The position numbers and the translations under genes were made by a program. Positions 54,260 to 64,000 of a DNA stretch of 64,000 nt are shown one piece after another. Below the pieces are notes generated by a model that worked only from the letters and a program-made list of their open reading frames with translations, had not been told where the DNA came from and made no database searches. The first letter of the stretch is position 1, and every line of letters begins with the position of its first letter. Source of the stretch: Eledone cirrhosa (Eukaryota); NCBI GenBank assembly GCA_964016885.1, contig OZ024743.1, positions 34,968,001 through 35,032,000 on the forward strand, in the 5' to 3' direction.

Positions 54260-55460
54260 ACTAGAAAGAAAGGGTCTCAAAGTCAACATGACAAAGACTA
54301 AGGTCCTTGTAAGTAGACGAGAAAACAGAACCCAGATCCCCTCAGGGAAATGGCCTTGCTCAGTATGTAGGAAAGGTGTAGGTAGGAACTCCATTCTCTG
54401 CCCCAAATGCAAACAATGGGTACACAAGAGATGTAGCGGGATCTCAGGAAGCTTAATTAAGAATGTAGGATTCACATGCAGCAGCTGTGCTGAGACAGTA
54501 AACAGCAAACAGCCACAGGAAACAAGTACCACCAATCTCTGGGAGAGCCCTGTAGAAACAGTAGACAGCTTCTGCTACCTAGGTGACCGAATTAGCAACA
54601 GAGGTAGGTGTTCAGAAAGTGCAATAACTAGGGTAAGAACGGGATGGAAGAAGTTTAGGGAACTACTACCACTGCTAGCTGCAAAAGGCTTCTCCCTCAG
54701 AATGAAAGGCAGACTGTATGATGCGTGTATCCGAACAGCGATGTTGCATGGTAGTGAGACCTGGGCGCTGAAGGCGGAAGACTTACGTAGATTAGAGAGA
54801 AACGAAGCCTGCATGCTCCGATGGATGTGTAACAATAATATACGTGAACGACAAAGCATAAATGAATTGAGAGAGAGACTGAGCATAAGAGGAATCAAAT
54901 GCTGTGTGCAGGAGAGGCGGTTGCGCTGGTATGGACATGTGATGCGTATGAAGGATGATAGCTGCATAAAAAGGTGCAGAGCACTAGAAGTTGATGGAAA
55001 CCGCGGAGTGGGGAGACCCAAGATGACCTGGGATGAGGTGATAAAAGCCGACCTTACCCAATTACACCGCTCAAAGACAATGACACACGACCGTGACTTC
55101 TGGCGTCACGCAGTAATACAGAGTACCCGACCTCCCATGGGTACAAGCTGAAGCATATAGACAATATGCCCCCACACCCCCCCACCGCAAGGTGGTCGTG
55201 GAGGTGCCACGGCAAAAAAGCACCCAGCCCACACTGTAAAGTGGACGTGTAGGCGCCACGAAAAAAGTACCCAGCACTCACTGTAAATGAGGTTGGTGTT
55301 AGGAAGGGCATCCAGCTGTAGAAACCAAGCCAAATCAGTTCCTGTATGAGCAAGGCATGGTCAGCCGACCAGACACTGCCCACAACACGACAACCCGTCT
55401 AACCCATGCTACCGTGGAAGAACGGACGTAAAATGGTGATGATGATGATGATGATGATGA
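54260..55460 (+). mobile_element. 5'-truncated RTE-clade LINE with open C-terminal ORF, repetitive 3' UTR and (GAT)n tail
   Basis: GLKVNMTKTK, FCYLG, LHGSETW, RRLRWYGHVMR and GRPK motifs; tail at 55438-55460. Confidence 0.93.
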
Positions 55461-55723
55461 TTTACCTCATTAGCATACATAATATTTTCAGTTACATTTT
55501 CAGATTTGCAATAGACTAAACTCTAATTCTATCTCCCAAGTGATAGAAAACCAAAATTATGATACAATATATATCCAACTTAATCTTAATCCCAGATGAC
55601 AAGATATTAGCTACCAAACAACCACTACAATTTACACCGGGGATCCTTAAATTTGACCCCTTGTGAACTCCAGCCAAGTACATAAATAAATAAATCAATC
55701 AGAATATAAAATAAATAGATAAT

Positions 55724-55911
55724 TGTTTCTACTATTGGCACAAGGCCAGAAATTATCCCAGTGTATTACTGGTACTTTATTTTATCGACCCCCGTAAGGA
55801 TGAAAGGCAAAGTTAACCTCGGCGGGATTTAAACTCAGAATGGCAAGGGCCGTAACTCTATGCGTCAAAGCATGGCGTCTGACCCTCTCCCGATACTGCC
55901 ATTCCACCACC
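55724..55911 (-). mobile_element. Same SINE family, full length
   Basis: Reverse complement of the consensus; TSD ataaaataaatagataat. Confidence 0.9.
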
Positions 55912-55980
55912 ATAAAATAAATAGATAATAAAGACTAGTTGCATATAAATCAGAAATCTGTATTAGCATTTGTATTTTAT

Positions 55981-56088
55981 ATCCCGCCGAGGTTAACTTT
56001 GCCTTTCATCCTTACGGGGTCAATAAAATAAAGTACCAGTAATACACTGGATTAATTGCTGGCCTTGTGCCAAAAAGTAGAAACAATT
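55981..56088 (+). mobile_element. Same SINE family, 5'-truncated
   Basis: atcccgccgaggttaactttgcc...gtagaaacaatt. Confidence 0.85.
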
Positions 56089-56135
56089 ATTTGGGGTATT
56101 TTAATTTCTTATACAAATATTAGGATTTGGCGTAA

Positions 56136-56343
56136 CCCTTTAGCATTTACAATACTCCATATTTACTACTGTATTTTTGTGGCAAAGGCTTTATCTCACA
56201 TAATATCGAATCTATGAGATTTTGATATTATTTATTTTGAGAACAATAGCTTAACATAAGTATGAGTGACCAGTTACAACCGGTTTGAATAGGAAGAGGT
56301 GAGTGAATTCTGGCCAGATACGGCTAGTTTAAATGCTAAAGGG
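56136..56343. mobile_element. piggyBac-type MITE, same family, opposite orientation to 62310..62507
   Basis: Same TIRs; the interior is the reverse complement of the 62310 copy. Confidence 0.88.
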
Positions 56344-56543
56344 TTAAAAGATTAATTGATCCCCTTTGTAGTCCATCAACCTTTTGAGGTTGATACTGAC
56401 CACTTTGGGTACAGAAACTAAGGTAATTGCTGTTACATTACACTTCACTAGATGTTTCCAGCTGTAAAGTTTAGTAATCTGACAAATAAGTCACATATAT
56501 ACACAGAGTATATATACAAAACTAAACAACGCACTAAACTTAC

Positions 56544-56639
56544 CTTGATATCAGAATCTTTCATTTTTAATTTATCCAGTAAATCATATGATGATTTTTC
56601 ATTACCAAGCGCTGACCTTTTCTTCTCTTCCATCAGTTC
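56544..56639 (-). CDS. Exon ELMEEKKRSALGNEKSSYDLLDKLKMKDSDIK
   Basis: tttgtatag acceptor, AAG|gtaag donor, 96 nt. Confidence 0.85.
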
Positions 56640-56915
56640 CTATACAAAAACAAAACAAATAAAGTTTTGTTAATTTCATTTCTTTTGTCCATTATATTGC
56701 ATATATTTTATTAACATGTATCAACAGCAACCTCTCTCTCTTTTATGCGTTCACCCACACCTCATATGGACAACTTAACAGCAAGAACAAACATAATATC
56801 AGTGCATTATGTGCTCTACACACAGAATTATTACCTTCAATGGCAAACATTGCAAACAGCTCATTCTATTGTCTCTCTCATACATAAACATCAAATCAAT
56901 AGCTTTAGTTCTCAC

Positions 56916-57002
56916 CTGTAAAAGTTGGTCTTTGGCTAACATCCGCTTTTCCAGTTCAACAACTTTGTTTTCAGAATCTGATACATGCAAACGTAGTGAC
57001 TC
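56916..57002 (-). CDS. Exon ESLRLHVSDSENKVVELEKRMLAKDQLLQ
   Basis: gttgctag acceptor, CAG|gtgag donor, 87 nt; overlaps ORF-track 56799..56990. Confidence 0.85.
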
Positions 57003-57312
57003 CTAGCAACAAGAAGCAGATAATTATTTCAAACAGTTTATTCAAGACAGAATGAAATTAAATGAAATATGAAGCTTATTAGAAACAAAGAAATTACAAA
57101 TTCCAGACACTTTAAGTTGATATTTCCACACTTCAAATAGAATAGTTTCGGCTCAACAAAAGTAATCAGGACAGGCTAACAGTTCTTTCATACTTTATAA
57201 ACAAAAGCAACAGTAACAACAGTAACAAATAGTTTTGTTGAAAATTCATTTAAGATAACAAGAAAGCAGTTTGGATTCACCAATGTTTCATAAATATAGA
57301 AAATGATTTTAC

Positions 57313-57408
57313 CTCTAAAGCATAGTTTTTAGCTGTGATAGCATTCTGTAGATGTTGTATTAAGTCATCTTTCTCTTCCATTATTCGGGAATGGTTCTCA
57401 GTCTGTTC
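57313..57408 (-). CDS. Exon EQTENHSRIMEEKDDLIQHLQNAITAKNYALE
   Basis: ctgtag acceptor, GAG|gtaa donor, 96 nt, phase 0-0. Confidence 0.85.
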
Positions 57409-58094
57409 CTACAGTACAATTTTATAATTAAATCATATAACTAAAATCTTTAACATGTAAAACATTCCATTTAAAAAATGATAAATCCTACAGGTAGTTC
57501 ATTAATATTGATGTCATGCAAACATATCCACAGATAAGTACATATGTACAGCTCAAGTGTATGTATAAATAATTTAGTTATCTATTTTACTGTTGTTGTT
57601 GCATGGCTAATACATTACTCCAGAGGGTATCAAGGGAGATGCACTACAAAACCCAATCCAATTCGCAGGGCTCATTAGTGCAGATAGCTATCTCAACTCC
57701 GATTGCAGTGAGGTGGTTCAGGAACCCAGGATGCCAAATGTTTCTACCACTTTGAATCCAATGTTATACCTATCAGAAAACTGCCAGTATTTTATCAGCC
57801 TGTTGAGCAATAGAGCTTACATCTAAATAGTTGCTTTGATGATATCAATAATATTTTGAATCTTACAGAACAATATAAACTCTGAATAAAAAGTCCAAGT
57901 CATTTAAGGGGATACTATATACAATAAAGACATGAATATTTCAGATTTGAACGAAACCATGTAGTGGTTCTAAAGATTGTTTGGGGCTAAAAAATAGTAA
58001 AACAAACAAATACATTAATTTCATTGCATACTATTAACTAAATATTGCAAAGTAGTTATACATTGCCACTAATAACTGAAAGAGGCAAACTTAC

Positions 58095-58178
58095 TTTATG
58101 GACATTTTGGGCAGCTTTGAGGGCAGCTGAAAGTTTGTTGATATTCAAATCTTTTATTTTGCTCTGTTTTCCAATCAT
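58095..58178 (-). CDS. Exon MIGKQSKIKDLNINKLSAALKAAQNVHK
   Basis: tttttggtag acceptor, AAA|gtaag donor, 84 nt, phase 0-0. Confidence 0.82.
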
Positions 58179-58900
58179 CTACCAAAAAAAGAAAGGGAAA
58201 TCCAAGCAAGAAGAATAAAATTCAATCGGCATAGCTGTGTGGTTAAGGAGTTCACTTAGCAACCATGTAGTTTCAGTTTTGGTTCTACTGCATGGCTTCT
58301 TGGGGAAGAGATCAATGAAGAGTTAGATTAGAAAAAATAAGTGGTGGGATTAATATCTTAAACTAACTCCCTCCATGACAGAACCCAGCATGACTGCAGT
58401 CTAATGACTGAAGTTAACAAAAGAAAAATAAAGTAATACACTAGAAATCTATAAAAATATATAATCACATTTCCTACAGGATTTTATTGAAATATTTCCC
58501 ATGACCATGCAAAATAAGGTTTAGTATATCTAAATGTCATAGCTTAGCAATAAAGTATTTATGAGTTTAGTGATTACTATACTAAAATAAAAATGTCTCA
58601 AATTATATTTTTATAATACAAATTACTGTATCCACAAACCATCAAATTAATGACACTTGATTAATTGAGATGGCTGACACTTCTCATAGTATCTACTTCA
58701 TAATGTGACAGAAAAAATATCTGCTTGGAATGAATAGATGGTAGTACAAAAAATAAAATAAAATCCAACAATACGCAAATATCTAAATTTGAATAAAACA
58801 TCTATCCCCATATGCTGGCATTAAAAAAATGTAGATAACAGAAAGTGAAACAAAAATAGAGAAAAGAGGAAGAAAAATATTTTTTAAATCCTCAATATTT

Positions 58901-58903
<3 letters not shown>

Positions 58904-58969
<66 letters not shown>
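58904..58969. repeat. (AT)n microsatellite
   Basis: About 33 uninterrupted dinucleotide units. Confidence 0.97.
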
Positions 58970-58971
<2 letters not shown>

Positions 58972-59023
58972 ATATGTGAATATATAAGTCATCAGTTTGC
59001 TTCCAAGAATTGTCTGTACTTAC

Positions 59024-59161
59024 ATCGATAGTTTCTTGTGCACTCAGTAGCATATGGTTAGCCTTTTCCATGTTACTGTCTCGTTCTCGCAGAGCTAGAC
59101 GTAATTGTTGAATTTCTAGATTGAATTCTTCCTCAAGATGAATTTGATTTGAAAGGGTTTT
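59024..59161 (-). CDS. Exon KTLSNQIHLEEEFNLEIQQLRLALRERDSNMEKANHMLLSAQETID
   Basis: tttttctag acceptor, GAT|gtaag donor, 138 nt. QLRLALRERD is the clearest myomegalin-like motif. Confidence 0.88.
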
Positions 59162-59752
59162 CTAGAAAAATATGTATTTGTTTATTTGTAAATAATTGTT
59201 CATTTCAACTTTTATTATTCATATGAAACAGACAGTTAGAGTAATAAAAACTAACAAAGAAAATTCAAGCAGCAAATTAAATTAGTTATTTTATAAGGTG
59301 GTAAATTGACAAAGTTGTTAGAACATTAGATTAAATGCCTCAATATTTGTTTTGGCTCTCTGTACTCTGAGTTCTTATCCAGCTAAAGTCAACTTTGCCC
59401 CTCATTCTTTCGGGGTTGATAAATAAAGTACCAACCAATTCAAAGGTAGTGGATTAGTGGAATTGTTATGGAGTTGGATAAGATGCTTTGCAGAATTTGA
59501 TCCGGTTCTGTGCATTATAAGTTCAAATCTTGCATGCTTCTATCAGTTGTGAACAGCAGATAATATCATCAATGGAAAGACCAAAGGAAACATTGTTTCC
59601 TTAGTCTAATCTAATGATCAGCTCTTTTCTTTTTTTATATGTACCAAGTCATGTAGTGGCATCAATATAATTGACTGTTCCCTTCTTCCAAATATGTGAC
59701 CTTAGGCCTATGTACGAAATCAATATTAATAAAATTAATTTTTGTTAAATAC

Positions 59753-59815
59753 CTGTAGAGATTCTTCTTTTTCTTTCAACCTTTCCTCAAGACTTTCAAT
59801 AACTCCACTCTTTAT
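59753..59815 (-). CDS. Exon IKSGVIESLEERLKEKEESLQ
   Basis: ctacttag acceptor, CAG|gtat donor, 63 nt, phase 0-0. Confidence 0.85.
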
Positions 59816-60422
59816 CTAAGTAGAATACAAAATAAAATCAAAATTTCGAAATTGTAGTAAATAGCTGATAAAAAAAAAATCTAAATTATTTTAAAGAGCA
59901 GACTGACACAGTTTTCCAACTATCACAAGCAATCCCCTATACATTCATTTGAAATAACAGCCACATTCTTTAGATCACGAGTCCTATAGTTTTTTCAGAT
60001 TATTAACATTATCTTTAGGGATGAAACAGTTTCTTTTAATATTTACATCTAAACTACATTGAATGTGATCAGATATTTTATTCATGGTTGTGTAGATAGT
60101 ATAAGAATGGATTCTAACTAAGAACTTTTATTTCTAAACTAATGATAATAATGCTTTTATCCATTAAGCCATTCAACATTATACATCTAGTTCAGAAATG
60201 AAAGTTCTGAGACAGCATCCAGCCTGGTACTATGTGCTTATTCAGGAATAAGACATCTGATGATCAGAGATCAAACTCATCAAAGCATAGTGCAAAGGTA
60301 AATATTGAAAATGTTTCATCTCTGAGGATGAGGTTAATAGTGTGGAAACTTATAATCTTAATAATTAAGTGACTCACACATTATGAAGAAGAAAAGAAAA
60401 GAAATTAAAACAACCAACTTAC

Positions 60423-60554
60423 CTCATCATTATTGTTGTTTAACAGCTGCAGGTACTGGTGGAGTTGCTTATCCTTCTCTCTCAAGTTATCTGATAACTG
60501 CTGCACTAACATGTCTTTACTATGTGACTGGTGTTCTAAGTCTTCAATCATTAA
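60423..60554 (-). CDS. Exon LMIEDLEHQSHSKDMLVQQLSDNLREKDKQLHQYLQLLNNNNDE
   Basis: ctttag acceptor, GAG|gtaag donor, 132 nt, phase 0-0. Confidence 0.85.
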
Positions 60555-61326
60555 CTAAAGGAATTAACCAAAATACATATATGTAAGTAATTGATATAAT
60601 ATACCAGTATATTACATAGTCATACAATCTACCAGTACATCATACAATTTATAAGAATACAAAAATCACACATTCTATATATCATACAATCTATCTATAT
60701 GTACATCATACAATATGCCAGTACATCTTATAATCTTAGTTAAAAATACACAAACTAGCTAATAAATCATTGTCATCATCATCATCATTTAACACCCGTT
60801 TTCCCTGTTTGCAATGGTTGAACAGGTGTTCACAGGCCAAGTCAGTGCTCAAGTGGGGCTACTGACCTCCCCGACAAATCAGGGGTCCACATCTTACTTA
60901 CATATGGTCCCACACTCTACCAAGTGTATTTTATCATGACACCAGCATTAGAGAGGTTGTCATGCCCTTGACACAATTCAAGGGTCTTACAGGTGTGCCA
61001 ACATTTTCAGAGAAAGGATGTAGTGATGGTGGGAATAGCTAAGAGATGATAGTGGTAGGGACCATAAATGGGGTGGTTAAGAGCATGGAGATGATGTTGT
61101 TGAGAATAGCTAAAGAGTGGTAGTGGAGGGGGGACATGGATGCAGTGAGGGTAGACAGAGATGGAGAGTAGCTACTAAGATGTAATAGAGAGGATACCTA
61201 ACGAGTTTAGAGGGGTGGGATAGCTAAAGACTGATAGTGGAGGGGGATATGGATGGAGTGGGGTGGTCATCACATAATGTAGCAAACCATACAACAAAAA
61301 TAGTGCTTAAACAAATCAGAATCTAC

Positions 61327-61401
61327 CTGATATTGATCCATTTGTTGGTCCAATTTTTCTTTAGCTTCTCTCTTTTCTCGGAGCAGCTGATCTTGAAGTT
61401 G
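61327..61401 (-). CDS. Exon QLQDQLLREKREAKEKLDQQMDQYQ
   Basis: tttttgcag acceptor, CAG|gtag donor, 75 nt, phase 0-0. Confidence 0.85.
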
Positions 61402-61992
61402 CTGCAAAAAAAAAGAAAAAAACACAAATAAATAGAATTTGAAATGACATTACAGAAGTGTAATTATTGTAATATAAGATTTTTGTTGGGGGGGGGGTTC
61501 AGGCCAAGCCTGATTGAGCAGATCCATGATCAAAAGCATTCTAACCATGACCACATCCTATCTTTTTAGGTGTATCTAGAATTACTATTGTTTAATGTAG
61601 GCTGAAATCAGCAGGTCAAGCAACCACATAAACATTCCGTCATCAACTTGAATAATATATTGTTTTGTTTTTAGATCAGAGAAATGGCTGAGAGCAGTGG
61701 TCTCTCTCTCTTTCTCTGTTCCAAGTTTAAATCTTGCCAGGATTGAATTTGATTTTTATTTCTCAACTATTTATAAAATAAGCACTGGCAATATGCAATC
61801 AATTATAATCCCAACCTGTTAACAATTAGTTTCTTTTGTCTAATTCAGAAAGCAAGTATTTGATATTTTTTTGACTATTCATACACTGACCATTAAAATA
61901 TATGAAACTAGGGAAATATGAAAAGAATTGTGTCAATCACTTATAATTAATAACTTAGAATTATAATCAAAGGATATATAGCTTGTTATTAC

Positions 61993-62097
61993 CTGTACTG
62001 CATCTTCATTTTGTTTCAAAGCATCTCGTGTCTTTTTTAACATATCTCGGAATGAACTGAGTTCTTGTTCTTTTTTCTCAATGGAATCAACCAAATT
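61993..62097 (-). CDS. Myomegalin/CDK5RAP2-like exon, NLVDSIEKKEQELSSFRDMLKKTRDALKQNEDAVQ
   Basis: tttattttgtaag acceptor, CAG|gtaa donor, 105 nt, phase 0-0, coiled-coil composition. Confidence 0.85.
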
Positions 62098-62309
62098 CTT
62101 ACAAAATAAAAAAAATATTCACGCATATAAATATATACAAAAAATAAATAAATGAGCATTTTCTGTAATTAAAAAGCAATATCTAGTATTTATATTCAAT
62201 GACCTTGTCCAAAGGATTATGACCATTTCATCTTGGCTATGAAGGGCAATGATTACATTCTTTCATCAAGAAATAACTGCTTGATAAATATATATCATTA
62301 TTACATTAA

Positions 62310-62507
62310 CCCTTTAGCATTTAAACCGGTCATATCCGGCCAGAATTCTTTCACCTCTTTCTGTTCAAACTGGCTGCTCATACTTATGTTAAGGTATTGT
62401 TTTCAAAATAAATAATATCAAAATCTCATAGATTCGATATTATGTGAGATAAAGTGTTTACTGTGAAAATATTAAAGTATATATAGAGTAATGTAAATGC
62501 TAAAGGG
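62310..62507. mobile_element. piggyBac-type MITE
   Basis: TIR ccctttagcattta / taaatgctaaaggg with TTAA on both sides. Confidence 0.9.
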
Positions 62508-63031
62508 TTAAATGCAAAAACAGAACAGTACTAAACAAAATGTCTTACAGTGTTTCTTAAGTCAAAATGCACATGAGTTGACTTTATTTTCCACCTTAAA
62601 ATAAGATCAATTTCTTATCAAATATACTGATACCCAACGAATTTGTGGGTTTATGCCAATCTATGAAAACATTTATTGTTAGAGCAATAACCCGAATACC
62701 TTACAGTATTTACTTACATCCCTTCACAGTTTGGGAGTTTTAAGATGTCTGGACTTATCTTTCTAGAGGGGTTGAAAAATTAAGCACTAGTCAAGTACTG
62801 AAGGTCAATGTAATCTACTATATCACCTTCCAAAATAATCAACTATATCACCTTGTGGCAATTACTGTTGTAAACATCATGGTATGACAGTGAACACTTA
62901 GCAAACAGTCTGTAACCTGTAGTCGTTTCTTCATACCACAGAAAAAGAAAATTCTTTTTGTAATTCATGTAATTAAAAGAAACATGCACTTGAATAAAAT
63001 TATTATTTATTATTATTATTATAAAGGATAG

Positions 63032-63219
63032 GGCAGTGGATTGGCAGTATCGGTAGAGGGTCGGACGCCATGCTTTGACGCATAGAGTTACAGCCCTTGC
63101 CATTCTGAGTTCAAATCCTGCCAAGGTTAACTTTGCCTTTCATCCTTACGGGGTCGATAAAATAAAGTACCAGTAATGCACTGGGTAATTGCTGGCTTTG
63201 TGCCTAACGTAGAAACAAT
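63032..63219 (+). mobile_element. tRNA-derived SINE with Deu/Nin-like core
   Basis: B box gagttcaaatcc, core gcctttcatccttacggggtcgataaaataaagtaccag, TSD tattattataaaggatag. Confidence 0.9.
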
Positions 63220-63749
63220 TATTATTATAAAGGATAGTAAAAGTAGAATCGGTAGAGCATTGGACAAAATGACTTGCAGGATTTAGCTATATTTGCCTAT
63301 ATTCTGAATTCCTATCTGGCTGTAACTGACTTCCCCTTTCCTCACTCTGGGATCAATCACTCCAAAATTTGTTGCCTTTTGCCAATGTCAGAAATCCCTT
63401 TTATAAGAAGATTATCAACCTTACATTAGGTTGATCATATCATAGTGAATTATGAATTCTAAGGATGTGATCAGTAGAAGAGCACAAGAAGCTATGTAGC
63501 AGCACACTCATGATATTGATCATGCTTTTAGAAAAGGCATACTCATTTGCATTGTGAACATCCTTCACAATGTTTTAGTATAGACATCGGAATGGGAAGA
63601 ACACTAAGTAGGAGTATCAGCTGCAATGGCAGTATGTAGCTCCTGGCAACCAAACAACTGAATTCAACCAAACAACTAGCAGAATCCAGCCAAATTCTGT
63701 CCTGATTTTGTTGGAGCTGCTTCTTGTTTAATGGATTTGCATACTGTAG

Positions 63750-63965
63750 CTTTCCAGCAGCTGCACGCTGAAGAGGCTCCGCAACAGATGGCTAGATATC
63801 ATCAGGGAAGATCTCCAGAGGCTCAACATCACCTTGGAGGATGGAGAGGAGTTGGCACGGGATCGCCAGCAATGGAGGGTGCTGGTGGACCTGGTTGGCT
63901 CTATACACGACAATGCTTTAGGACTGGTGGCTTAGGATGACCTCGGGCTCGTTGAGCAGGAGCAA
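63750..63965 (+). mobile_element. RTE-like LINE 3' fragment
   Basis: One frame reads RRLRNRWLDIIREDLQRLNITLEDGEELARDRQQWRVLV, typical of an RTE ORF C-terminus. Confidence 0.7.
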
Positions 63966-64000
63966 TAAGGAGAAGCTTTCCAGGCAACAACTAGTTATTC

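Larger units (their letters stand above)
5281..62097 (-). other. PDE4DIP/CDK5RAP2: Multi-exon gene (partial), myomegalin/CDK5RAP2/centrosomin-family coiled-coil MTOC scaffold
   Basis: 20 exons with GT-AG boundaries and compatible phases. The peptides EIQQLRLALRERDSNMEK and EEKDDLIQHLQNAI, and two copies of an L..LR..LE..I..N..L motif, resemble vertebrate myomegalin/CDK5RAP2 as I recall them. CM1 and CM2 domains were not seen in the window. Needs a BLAST/HMM check. Confidence 0.8.

Overview
AT-rich, repeat-rich eukaryotic DNA. The SINE, RTE-tail and MITE repertoire suggests an octopod cephalopod (inference, not searched). The window holds an internal part of one large minus-strand gene of the myomegalin/CDK5RAP2/centrosomin family. 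I traced 20 GT-AG exons between 62097 and 5281 that join in frame, and neither the start nor the end of the gene is clearly in the window. The dominant feature is a ~22 kb array of a 36-bp satellite (roughly 565-570 units) in a ~35 kb intron. Both edges of the array grade into the 3' UTR repeats of an RTE retrotransposon remnant, so it appears to have arisen in place from that element. It was then split by a Helitron and by one RTE insertion that was later copied to three places by multi-kb duplications. Other contents are a ~335-bp near-perfect inverted repeat, CR1 and RTE LINE fragments, Helitrons, hAT and piggyBac-type MITEs, and many tRNA-derived SINEs. The very long ORFs in the array are artefacts of the 36-bp period. 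There is no CRISPR array, and I found no new protein-coding system. All coordinates and translations were worked out by eye.
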